Position numbers and translations under genes: made by a program. From NCBI RefSeq assembly GCF_000143415.4, contig NW_003314268.1:1720672-1784671 (forward strand): a stretch of DNA of 64,000 nt, written 5' to 3'. Under the pieces are notes generated by a model. The model had not been told where the DNA came from. It was given only the letters and a program-made list of their open reading frames with translations, and ran no database searches. The stretch comes from Selaginella moellendorffii. Its lineage: Eukaryota; Plantae; Lycopodiophyta. Every line of letters starts with the position of its first letter. Within the stretch, counting starts at the first letter, position 1. This document shows, piece by piece, positions 45,353 through 57,767 of the stretch.

Positions 45353-48300
45353 TCATTCCGACTGAGGCTGCAAAAAATGGAATGCACTGCTCTCTCTCAA
45401 AAGCGGTGGCAGATCGATGTCGTTGAGGTCCATCTCCTTCATCGACTTGGATATGTCGTCAACCGAAAATGGAATGCTGAAGCAAACGAAGAAGAAACAT
45501 TCATCAGAATCTTATATGCCTGAGACAGAATTCGCATGCTCACCTTGAATCATCGTCCAGCAAAAAGGAGTTGCTCACAGCATTGTTGGAGTCTTCAGTC
45601 ATAAGAACTCTCATATTTGCAATAACCTGCGACCAGCACCCATGCGTGTTACAAGGGAAACAATAACAATACCCACGCACCTCTGGAGAAACACTGTGGG
45701 TGCCATATTTATCATCCCAGTACATGGTGCTGATACGATACAGTTGCTGGATGCTTAATGCCTGCACATCAGCGATAATATTTCACGATCCTACACATAT
45801 TGTATGTCTTTATGTTACCGGACAGAGGTCATGTGTAATCTCGTCGAGTGACTTTTTGGGCTTTTGATGAATGACCTGGTAAATTTTGTCTTAGAAAAAG
45901 TTCTGTGAGCTTGTAAGTAGCTTACCAAGAAACCAACCGCTTGGCGGATGTATTTTAATTCGTCCCAAGATGCCCCAGCGTACTGCACAGAAAGATCCGT
46001 ATTACACACCCAAAACGAATCCCGTAAAACGTCCTCACCTCTTCGGTGGCTTCATAAACCCAGTGTTCCAGCTCTGCCAAACCAGCTTTGACATACTCTC
46101 CATTTGAAAAAGAACAGCATTCCCGCCTCAAAAGAAGACTGGAAGTACAAAAAGTCAAAACACAATCTTAGTGTGAAGCTAGCAGATTACCTGTTGAAGA
46201 GCTGAACATTAATGAACGAGAATATTTGCGTGAACAGCTTTCGAACAAGAAACGGTGGAGCCTGAAAGAAGAAAATTAGAAACTAAACGATAATTGTCCC
46301 TTTCTCACATGATTCGCTCTCAGCGTGTTGAGCAGACCGGTCAAACTCTTGATTATACTGTGCCAGTGACTCAACATTTGTTGCGCTGCCAAGGCCATAT
46401 TTGGAGACCTTCCCGCTTTGCCTAAAGAACGCGCAGTTCTTGGGGTCTGCAATAGAACTGTAGCACAAATCTATCTGGAAAGGTAGTAAAACTACCTGAA
46501 TGCAAAGCGCGAGCAATGACGTTATTTCCTTTTTCAGGTTGTCACGCAGTATTCCGTAGATCTTTTCAACGTAGGCCGTAAGCTGCTGCTTGAACAGCAA
46601 AGCGGGGTACTTGGCTTCCACTTGTCGAGACGCATCCAGCCCCCCATTGCCAAATGATCCTGGAGATGATTTAATAAAACCCTGAAACAAAATGTTGTCA
46701 ATAAGCGGTTCAAGTCGAGAGATATTGTAACCTGAGTCATCCTCCCAAACAGTGTAACAGATGGTGCACGTCTTCTTTGAGGACCAGAACCACTGGCCTT
46801 GAGTGTGCGTTGCAGTAGGAACAACAATGTAGACGTGTTAGACAGCCAGTACGCCAACACGTCATTGTTTTCTTGGCTCTGCAGTACCGTTGTCGAAAAC
46901 ATAAAGATCAGGCCACTCAACAACAGAAACGTACTTCAATTGCAGCTCCAACAGTTTGAATGATCCGGTCAAAGACATTAGTCCTTTCGGCTTCAAATGA
47001 CCGCCAATGTAGGAGAGACTTGTATATTACAACGGCCGCAACAGGTCGATTTTGGCTGAAACCGACATCCTTCATCACACATTGCAGCAGAATGTCCTGG
47101 TTTTCCTGTGAGAGTAACAGCCAGTTGATCAATAATATTGGTAACAAAGCTGACCTGCTGCCTGTCCGTGAGTTGCTTCTGGCGTTTTTGCTCGGTCTCG
47201 GTATTTTCCTTTTCAGCTTGTATGGCGACAGGGGTTTCCTGCTTGTTTTGTAAAAAGTATATGACACACGTAATTGAGGCCCGAGAATTTCAAGACTTAC
47301 CGGCATGATTTTGTTATCACCATTTGCAAGGTGCCCGTTTTCCGGAGTCCTCTGCACGTGATTCGCAGCTATAAAGTGATCAAAACCTTTGGAGGCATAC
47401 CTGGAACACTGGTGTTTTGAACCGGTTGCTGAGTGTCCGTTGTGGTGACATAACAAGCGCTTGCTGCCTCAGAACTTGATTCTCGGACTCCAGGTTAGCC
47501 AGCTTCTCCTCCGACCTATAAACACAAACATAGAAGCTTGCTCCGCAAAATGTTCTAACTAACCTGTGCTGTAGGTCCTGTAATTGCTCAACTTTGGACA
47601 ATGCATCAGTAAGTTTCCTGAGGTTCTCTTCAGCTTCTCTCTTGGTCGATACTAAGTTGTTGTTGAGCTCAGTAGTCCGCTTCTCAAAAGATTCAACCAA
47701 GGCCTACGGAATCGGATCAACGTCAGTGTGGTTCGTCCCAGCGGAGAACAAACAACGAACCTTCAGTTTTTCATTTTCGCTGGCGAGTTGGTCCACTTTG
47801 GAGTCGGGCACTTCTGAAGCAACAGACTGCCGGGCTGCGTTCACTGCGTCACCTATAGCTTTCTTGTTCTGTGTTCTCTCCTTCACTAACGAGGCATTTA
47901 GCATATCCATCTGACTTTCCAAGTTCTGTATTGCCGCCTGTAGCTTTGCAATATCCTGATTCTTTGATTCTTCAGAGTCAACCTGCTCAGATTTATCAGT
48001 TCAGTTTACCAAACTACAACAAAAACCGATTATTTACCCGCAAACGTTTTTCCAGCTGGAGACGCCAAGTCAACTCCTCACAACGTTTCTCTAGCTTCGT
48101 TTTAGCCTCTTGTAAAGCACCTGTTTCCTTTGCCGCCTGAAAAAAAATGTCAAGTATTTCATCCTGATGCGGCTAGTAGTTCCCTACCATCTTGAGCTTC
48201 TTGAGTTCTTTGCGGGCAACACGTCCTCGCCAAGCGCATTGCGTTGTAAGCGCCGCTTTCCGAAGATTCCTGTAATATCTTTTTGCTGTAAAGCCTCGCC

Positions 48301-51300
48301 ACCGGGACTTCAGCATAGTTTAACAGTGAGAAATTCAGTATAAGGCTAAAACGCGAACTACAAATACCTGAATGACTGTCGCAGCCTTTGTTTGCCTTTT
48401 GAAACGATACTCCTTACGAGCAACCATCCCACGGACGCCGGACTGTACAAATATTGCTGCCTTACGAGTCCTCTGGAATTCCTTTTGATGGTGCCACCTT
48501 CGAACATGTTTCTGTATGCAAATAGCTGCAGCCTCCCGTCGCATGCTTTCGTATAGCTTTCTCGCACATCTTCCTGTAAAAATGCCAACAACAATACAAT
48601 GACAGAAAGAACAAATCGTTATGTGTTACCTCTCCAGTGAGCTTGAACACAGACGGCAGCCTTACGGATTGCCAAGAACTCCTTACGCGCAAGGTATGTA
48701 CGGACTTGCCTCTGTATCACTCTTGCTGCATTGCCTAGCAGTTCCGCCCTCCGAGCATCCAACTCTGCCATTTGGCCCGCACGAAGAAAAACTTTGGTTT
48801 TACCAATCTGATATTTAGTCAGATTCAGCTTTTGAAGCAGCTTCTCAGTTGCCGCCCTTTCGTCGTACCTACAAACACAAACGAATCTTCAATGCAGCTT
48901 AGAAAGAGAACAATAAACATACCGGCCATCTAGGAATTCCGGTGCAAGTAAGCTGAAACGATCCAAAAATTCGTCAAACAAGCGTCTACTTGGATAGCCA
49001 GCGCAGCTTATCCGCACAGCCTCGAGAACTCCCTGTATTTACCGGACAGAAGTTAGAATAAAAACGTGGAGAACCCGAAGTAACATACACCACATCGAAG
49101 CTGTTGTAAGACGTTGGGGTTCTCAAAACGCCCGGGCTTGTTGAACATGTTTGGTTTAACGCACCGTATATAATGTGGTTGTGTAGAGCTCAATGTCTCC
49201 ATTAGAAATCCCAGTTGTTGCTGCAACGTCAAAAAGGAAAAAAAAAAAATTAGATAAACAGTCACAAGAAAATAAGAGCTTACCTTGAAGCTAGTTCCTA
49301 TGGAGGAAAATTTATAGGAAGATTTCATAAAGTCGTCTGAGGACAGCGGAAACAGTCCCGCAACAAAAGAACATTTCGACGATCCTAGCAATGCTTGGTG
49401 TTCAGCCACAACATAGTCTTTATTTTTATCAAGGAAAAGGTCGGTTTGGTAAGTGACCTGCCAGGAACAGTAAAAAACGAGTAAACCACAGCAATGGTGC
49501 ATTACCTCTCCAGCGTAATGTGCAACTGTAAAATCAGTTCGAGAAAGTTTTGGCTTGCTGAACCTCTTATGTGCTTTGAAAGTTTGGAACAGTTTTGTAG
49601 CAAACGTTTCATGGGTTGATTTTGGGAACATGCTGCACAAGACGATAAAGTCACAGGCAATCCGAGAAAACCCTGGCCTTACCAAGCTTCGTCGAGAAGA
49701 GCAATGATACCCAGTGGTTTCTGAAAAGTTTGCATGTCATATCAGAAGCATGGACAAACTCAATGACCTTACTTTTTCAATAAGGTCCAGAACATCTTGA
49801 TTGTCAACAAAATCTATATAGCTCCAGTCTATTGCTTCCTTAGTGTATTCTTCTTGCTCCATTTTGAACACATGCTGCAGTCAAAACAAACAATTAGCAG
49901 CTGTCTCAACTTCACAACGGCGTTAGTTCACCTGATTAAAATGCTGCTGTAATTTTTCATTAGCAAGATTGATGCAGAATTGTTCAAAGCTGTATGATGA
50001 GTTAAGTTAAAATGCTAATCTAATGCATTCAATAAGAAGCGCACCTGTTTGTTTTGAAACTTTCAAACCCGTATATATCAAGCACTCCAATCAGCGTCTT
50101 GGATTTGGAATCCTGGCCAATTGATTTGTTGACCTTCTCTACAAGCCTGCAGCAAATGCAAACATGTTAGCGTTAAGAAAATGCTACTCGGGCGAGGAGA
50201 TAATAGACCAATCAAATAGCCGTGCGTAGATAGTTTTTGCAAGAGTGTCACGGTTGACTGTTGCTGCCATGGGGTCGAGGGTTTTGGTAATAGTTTCGTC
50301 CCGCGTTACTATAACACGCGTACATAATGAATCTCCAAGACCCTTTACGTCGCACCTGAAAATGTCCAAACTTAAATACTCACTATTGGATGGCAATACA
50401 GACCTGAGGAGCTCCGCCGCAGCTTCAAGATGAAACTTCGACTTGTCATCCTTGAGCTTGGAAGAGTCTGATTCCTTTCCGTGAACAAATTCAACGTTTC
50501 CTAAGTGCAGGATGGACGCTACGACTCGGAAGATGGCTTCCTGAAACATCACCAATAAGAGAGTGCTCGATCCAAACCAGCCATTCGAACCTGTTCGACA
50601 GGACTTATGCCAACAACATCCATAGCTCTCCTTGTTTTGGCGTAATCTCTGCTATTGTTGACCCCATTTAGATCATAACAGTTGCTTTGATTCAAGTAAT
50701 GGAAGGTTGTCGGATCGCCAAGTTTATACTTCTCAACATCCTGTAGAAAAGATTTTGTCAACAAACGCCACTGTCATCAACAAGAAACGATAGTTTCAAC
50801 CTCAGGTGACGCACAAAGCTGATAAAAACAGTGGTAATTCCTTTCAGGATCAGCAATCTGAACAACCCGGGATCTTTCCAGCAAGTATGTCCGGACAGCT
50901 GCTCCAGAGATTCTCCCGCTCTGGTCAAATTGAATCTCGACAAACTTGCCAAATCGACTACGAACATGAGCGAAGTTAGTATTTGTCGATTATTGACATG
51001 GGCTGCCTACCTTGAATTGTCATTCCTAACAGTCTTGGCATTACCAAAAGCTTCGAGAAGCGGATTGGACTGTCGACGGTTAACAAAAGCATGAGAAAGT
51101 CGACACCACCAGCAAAAACAATTACCTCCAAAACTTGTTGCTCGACTGTTCTGCCATCCGTTGCAGCACGGCCACCCATGTAAGCAAGATACTGCATGAT
51201 AAGCTTTGTCGTCTCTGTCTTCCCAGCCCCACTTTCTCCGCTTACGAGAATCGCCTGGCTCTTGTTCTCATTCAGCATGGCTCTAAAGTTTATGGGACTT

Positions 51301-52117
51301 GGCACGGAAGCATCATTAGAGTAGGGAAAAGGTACCTGAACGCCGAGTCAGCCACCGCAAAGACATGCGGACTTAGCTCCCCAAGAGGGGCACCCTTGTA
51401 CTGCTCCATCATGTGAACATCGTAGAGATGCGGGAGCTTGGCGAATGGATTCACAGCAATGAGAATGTTTCCTGTGTACGTCTGCAGAAGCACAAAGATT
51501 TGTTACAGCTGTCTCTAAGACACAATGCTTTTGCATAACTCACGTAGATTTCGTCAAGCTCGTATCTGCTGGAAAGATTGTAAAGAACCCCAGGCTCGTG
51601 CAGGTATGCCAGCTTTGTCATGTCGTCCACTCCTCCAGGCTTTGTATCGGTATCTTTGGGGTGTGCATGGCCGACGTCTACCGAGACCTGCAAACAGCGA
51701 GAGTGATCGCAAAGTTTGTTTCTTTTCTCCCTCCGTTTTGTAAAATCTTTCTCGCCTCACCGTGGTTCCAGAGCTCGTTCGAGCTGTGATCGTATTGCCG
51801 GAGATTCGCACCACTTCCGCGTCCACCCAAGCGAGCCGAGCATCCTCGACCCATACTTGAGAGCCAACAGTGATGTTGGCAGCAGCCTGAAAAACAAACA
51901 CAGAGGATATTCACATGCACATTGCGGAGGAGTGACCTAGAGAGACACCAAAGGAGCCAAGACAATGTCAACAATGCCATTGCCAATGCTAATCCAAGCA
52001 CGCAACCAGCTCGAAATTTTCCCAGTCGTGGATCTGCTACAGCTTCCACCCCTCGAAATCAATCAATCCGACAAGCAGGAAGCGATGGAATCCAATCAAT
52101 CGCAGCAAACGTACCAT
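45353..52117 (-). CDS. Class XI myosin, many exons; first coding exon is ATG only (52115-52117)
   Basis: [18 protein letters not shown]-loop [27 protein letters not shown] repeats, coiled coil and DIL domain ([13 protein letters not shown]). Confidence 0.97.
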
Positions 52118-52735
52118 TGCCGCAACAGGCTTAGCGAGCGACGCCTTGTTCTAGATCGATCGCTGCGCGGCACATTCCCTCCGAATTGGCGACAGCATGC
52201 GCAGCGCGCAGATCTGATCGCGGCCCGGCGCCTCGGCCCCCAAATCTTCCCTTCCCCCAAGCTCGCTAGGGCTCTTGCTCGCGAGAAGAGAGTTACTGCT
52301 ATGCTATTTTACTCGGTCACTGGCAGGGAAACGAGGGCTTTGCTTTGGGGGGCTTTTGGGCCTTTTGAATAAAGGAAGAAAAACAAAAACGAGGGCTTCT
52401 TCTTTCCTCCCTTTGGAAGGTTTTGGCCCTCTTTCTTTCCCTCTTTCTTTCTCGGCAGCGCAGCGATCGCCACCGGCGGAATGGAATGGATCATCCGGGG
52501 AAGACCGCTTGAATCGATTTCTTGGATTGTAACGCGCGCATCACTGTTGCTGTAGCTCCCCCATCGGTCTCTTCATTACTTACGCCACTAACAACAAGAT
52601 CTAGGAGGCATCGTACAGCGACTTAGCGGCGTGGTGTGTGGCCTTGCGAGTCCCTTTCATCCAGAGGTAGGCGATCCATCCAGTCGGGGCTAGCGGCTTC
52701 TTGTGGCCTGGCGGGGCTTGTAGTTAATTTGGTAG

Positions 52736-54980
52736 ATGGGCGCGACGAGTTGGTTAGTGGGTTCTTCCGTTTGTGGCCCCTCGTCTCCGGCATTCTCTCG
52801 TCCCAGCTTCCATGACGCCAGGATTTCACGCGCGGCCGCCACGCTCGTCCGCGCAACTCCAAATTCACGCCCTCCCTGCCTCCATCCTCGACGCCTGCTG
52901 CTACTCAATGCCACTCCTGCCGATCGCAGCAGCAGTACTAGCACTAGCACGGATGATGATGAGCACCAAGGAGGCTACGAGGTGAGATTAAGTTTGCTGT
53001 AGAGTTTCTTTACTGTTTGTATTAATGCACAGGGATCACCGTCGGGAACTTGCGACCCTCTGTGCTCGGTGGATGACATGAGCTCGCTCGAGTATGAGGC
53101 CAACTACAAGCCCAAGACGGATCTGTTCAAGGCTTTCGCCATTGGTGCTGCTGTTCTTGCTGGCGTTGCTGTCATCAACCAGTCTTGGGTGGCAGAAAAT
53201 CAGGTCGCTAATTCTACTCTTTTTTTCTTTTTTTTTCTGATCCATGGCTGCTGTGCAGAATTTAGCCCTGGTGATTGTTTTCGTAGCAGGCTACGCGGGA
53301 ATAGTTTTTGAGGAGTCTCTTGCATTTAACAAGAGCGGAGTTGGCCTGTTGATGGCTGTTACATTGTGGGTGATAAGAAGCCTCGGGGTAAGCTCGGCTC
53401 GGAGAATCTTCACTACACTTCCTAGTTCTCGTTTTTCGTTTCTTCCAGGCCGACTCCCCCGACGTCGCTGCGGAGGAGCTCTCAAAGTCGTCCGAGGAAG
53501 TTAGCGAGCTCGTCTTTTTTCTTTTGGGAGCAATGACGATCGTGGAGCTCGTCGACGCGCACCAAGGCTTCAAGCTTGTCACAGATTCCATAAGCACACG
53601 AAACCCGCGCACACTCTTCTGGGTGGTAAGCGTTTCCATCGTGGTGAAAGCTTTGTTCAAGAGTTTCTCAAGCAGACACAGCTATCATGTCTCAGATAGG
53701 CATTATCACCTTCTTCTTGAGCTCCATCCTGGACAATCTCACGTCAACTATTGTGATGGTGTCCCTCTTGCGCAAACTCGTCCCCGACCCGGAGCAAAGG
53801 AAGTACGTAAACTTCCAGACTTTTTTCACCGCAATATATCCTGCTCGTTTGTAGGCTACTCGGCGCCGTAGTTGTCATTGCTGCGAATGCAGGTGGTGCC
53901 TGGACGCCTATTGGTGATGTTACGACCACCATGCTTTGGATCCATGGACAGATCTCAACAGTGAAAACGATGCAGGTATAGCTGTGTAGCTCTTTGCTGC
54001 TGACTGATACATGGTATGGACTCAGGGTTTATTCATTCCGTCGGCTGTATCTCTAGCTGTTCCCTTGCTCTTGATGTCTGTTTCGAGGTAACCGACCCAG
54101 GTTCATGTTGCAACGTTCTAAACTCTCGTGCGTTTGTTTTGCAGCGAGGAATTTCGCAAAGAAGCACCTCCGGAGCCAGTCATGTCTAGCGAGCAAATGG
54201 CTCCTCGAGGGAAGCTTGTCCTCGCGGTAGGAGTGGGAGCTTTACTGTTCGTGCCCGTGTTCAAAGCACTCACGGGCTTACCACCTTACGTCGGGATGCT
54301 CTTCGGACTGGGAGTCCTCTGGATTCTGACGGATGCCATTCACTATGGTGACGAGAATCGCCAGAAGCTTAAAGTGCCGCAGGCACTGTCGCGAATTGAC
54401 ACTCAAGGCGTCCTGTTCTTCCTGGGAATCCTTCTCTCCGTGGGAAGGTCTGTGAAACTTTCGCTCCTCATTAGAAGCTCACACCCCTTTCTTGTTTCTG
54501 GCACAGCTTGCAATCCGCTGGTGTTCTCCAAGACCTGGCGACGTTCCTAAACTCCCACATCCCGGGAGTGGAACTCATTGCTACTGCCATCGGTTTTGCA
54601 TCAGCCATCATCGACAACGTTCCACTGGTTGCAGCCACCATGGGAATGTACGACGTGTCCTCCTATCCCATGGACTCGGAGCTGTGGCAGCTCATCGCTT
54701 TCTGCGCCGGGACTGGCGGTTCAATGCTCATCATCGGCTCCGCAGCTGGTGTTGCTTTCATGGGGATGGAAAAGGCTGACTTCTTCTGGTACTTTAAGAA
54801 GGTGAGATCTCCTCTTTCTCGCGTTTCCATTCGGCTCAACTTCGTTTTTTTTTTTTTGTCCAGGTGAGTGGCTATGCGCTCGCTGGCTACGTTGCAGGCA
54901 TCGCCGCCTACTTGGCCGTCAACCATCAACCCGTGGCAATGCTCAGTTCCGCCATTCAAGACGTACCAGCGATCATGTAA
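52736..54980 (+). CDS. NHD1: Plastid Na+/H+ antiporter of the NhaD family, multi-exon
   Basis: FEESLAFNKSGVGLLMAV, GAMTIVELVDAHQGF, LDNLTSTIVM, GGAWTPIGDVTTTMLW, IIDNVPLVAA and GTGGSMLIIGSAAG. Confidence 0.95.
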
Positions 54981-55009
54981 AAGCTTACGAAACTTTGATA
55001 CAGACACAT

Positions 55010-56050
55010 TTAAGCGACAGGCTTGAGCTTCTTCCGAGCCAGATACCGTTGCCTTGCTTCCACTTCTTTCCGTTTCCTGGATTCTTCCGCGCTCTCCTGC
55101 TGCTGCTGCTGCTCCTGCTGCTCTTGTCCTTCGACGGATGGCTCTTGCGTTTGCAGTTCTTCCTGGTCAGTGTCTTTTGAGACTCGTTCCTCCTTGTTTC
55201 CTGGAGTTTGGTCTGCAGCCTCTGTGGTGTTGTTCGGAGATGCATTCTCGGACGCCGAGCGTTGATCTTGGCTTTCAGCTCTATCTGCGCGTTGAGAGCT
55301 TTCAGCATTACGGTGGGATCCGCCGCCACCAAAGGCAACGTTCCTTGACAGGTTCCTGTAGAAGTCGCTGAGGTCGTCACGCTTGGTGACCTGGAAGTTA
55401 CTGTCAAATAACAACATCGCAGAATCGATAAACATACCTCCTCCGCAGTTTCCTTAAGCTCTCTCATGCGCTCTTCTGCCAACCATTTCTCTTGCTCTGC
55501 GAGCTTCTTCTTGTATGCGGAGGTCACGAATTTTTCTTTGTCACCATACAAATGATCCTCCTTTGCTCGTTCCTTGGCTAGCTGCTTCTCGTAGATTATG
55601 TCGTGCTCCCGTTCCCGGAGCTTAGCCTTCTCGATCAAGTGCGGAATGTATTTGGACTGAAGCACAAGTAGAAGATAAGAATTCTTTTCATAGGATTAGA
55701 ATCAAACACCATACCTCACGCTTCACAGCTCGTTGTGCCGGACGAGCTTGGCTCGACTTCATACTATCATAAACTCCATCGTAGTCGAAAGCACTTGGGT
55801 CCTGTTCTAAAGCTTGCTTCTGCTGCTTCTCCGCCTGTTCGATCCCACACAGCGTAAACCTCCAAAATTCCTCATGGAGTGCTACATTTCGTACCTCTCG
55901 AATGCTCCTCTGCTTGGCAGCCTGGCGGGCAATCTCCCGCTCGACATTATCGTCGTCGTCGTCATCGTTGAAGACTGCTGGAACCGACTTGGCTGCCGCC
56001 GGCTTGGCCAGCGTTTTGGATCCACGCAGCTGGAGACCATACTTCGACAT
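55010..56050 (-). CDS. Nuclear speckle splicing regulatory protein 1-like (CCDC55/DUF2040), 4 exons
   Basis: MSKYGLQLR, ALEQDPSAFDYDGVYDSMK, SKYI..L, DKEKFVTSAYKKKL and ARQRYLARK. Confidence 0.9.
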
Positions 56051-56087
56051 ACCCTAAATCTCAGGAACCCTAAAACAGGGGCCGGCC

Positions 56088-57677
56088 TTAAATTTGCTTG
56101 CTCTCGTTGCACAGAGTTGTGGACACTACCACCCCTGTCGTGTCGTAAGTCCGAATGATCCGTCGCCGCTGGTTGGGCGACTCGATCCACGCAAACTCGA
56201 GGAAGAAGGAGCGACTCTTCTTAACGCAATTCCCGACACTGATGGGAGCAGTGATGCACATTCCACCGGGAAGGAGAGTCGACTGCAAACCATCTGTGAA
56301 TCTCACCAAGTTACCCGACGCCATGCCTTTGACTGTCAGGTTCGTCTGCTTATTCGTTGCCCCGGCCTCTGAATTCGAGCTGCTGGAGCTCGAGATTGTC
56401 TGAAAGCTCTCGTTGGGAAAAGAAAGAAAGCGAACTCATCTCCATCTTACCTGCGTGATCTCGCTCTTGTCATTCATGTCAACCCGAAAGTCCAAGTACT
56501 CCTCAGCGATTGTGGAACCATACATTCCTGTTCTTTGGGTGACTGCGCGGCCAGACCATACTCCAACCAAACGATCCAAGCCGGTACAATCGTTCTGTGC
56601 ACCAAACCAGATCAATACTCCTGAAGAAAAGGAGGAAATGATTTGCTCACCCGCATGGATTCCGGAGCTTCGCCGTCTTTGTTCTCGTGGAACACACCGA
56701 TCATGTCGAGCAGGCCTTGAGGATTCAAGACGTGGAATGCACGAACTCGGCTGTTCCCACTAGCCGAGAACATACAGCTCTCGTTAACCAGAGCTGGCCT
56801 CCGACATGGAAGCTTGACACCCCTGCACGGATTTAACAAAGACTCAGTCACTTCCATCACTTATCTAGAGAACTTACGGGAAATAATCTTGTTCCTCGTC
56901 GTCATTCTCTCCAAGTACTCCAGCTCTCAGCACCACGTCCAGCACCTTGGCAGTCAAATGCGACAGACAGTATGCTTTCTCGTCGCCAAAGTATCCAACC
57001 TGTGATCCAAACAAGCCTCTAGTTTACTCAGCACTTTCAAGCCTTGAGCTTACCCGGTGGCGCTGGTTGATTGTCACCGAATCTAAATCTGCAAGATTGA
57101 ATTCAAGCCATTGTACATCCTCAGCATCCCCAGAGAACGATGTCGACGACTCTGCTTGCTTCACGCAAAGACTAGAAATGCAAAGATAATAAACGATAAG
57201 TTCATAAGCAATTGGGCCATAGCCATGGCGCTTACGTTTGGTAGAGAGCAAGGTGCTCCCCTTTGCCGTAAACATTCGCTCTCAGCTTGATGGGAATGCA
57301 CGCTAGCACCTTGCCGAGACAGTCGTATTGCTACTGCCCAACAATTAAAACTTTAGAGCTGAAACAAAAAACAACCATACCGTGAATGTGCCACTCCAAG
57401 ACCCGCGATTTAGCTCGATATACTGCTCCAGCCTTTCAAACGCCTTCTTATCATCATCGTCATCTTCATTTTCCTCATCGTCATTTGGCTTCGGTTCTGC
57501 TGTAGACTCCGCTGCATTACTGCTGCAATGCACAAGCACTGGTGAGCGCATCGGCCTCAAAACGACTGACCACTCTACTCTACGAAGAAAGACGGCTCTA
57601 CTGCCCCTGGTTCGGACAGAATGGTTGAGAGCACGAGATGGCAGCAAGCATCCACACGAGGATGTTGCTACTGCCAT
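56088..57677 (-). CDS. DUF3598-family plastid protein (At2g44760-like), multi-exon
   Basis: Transit-peptide-like N-terminus, RGSWSGTF, ESCMFS..RVRAFHVL, LLPGGM and FFLEFAWIESPNQRRRIIRTYD. Confidence 0.8.
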
Positions 57678-57767
57678 GCCGGTATTGAAACAAAGCCTTG
57701 GTACCTAGCAACTTATGACCACAATGTAATGCAATTACATTACCAAACACGGCATATGTTCTTACGC

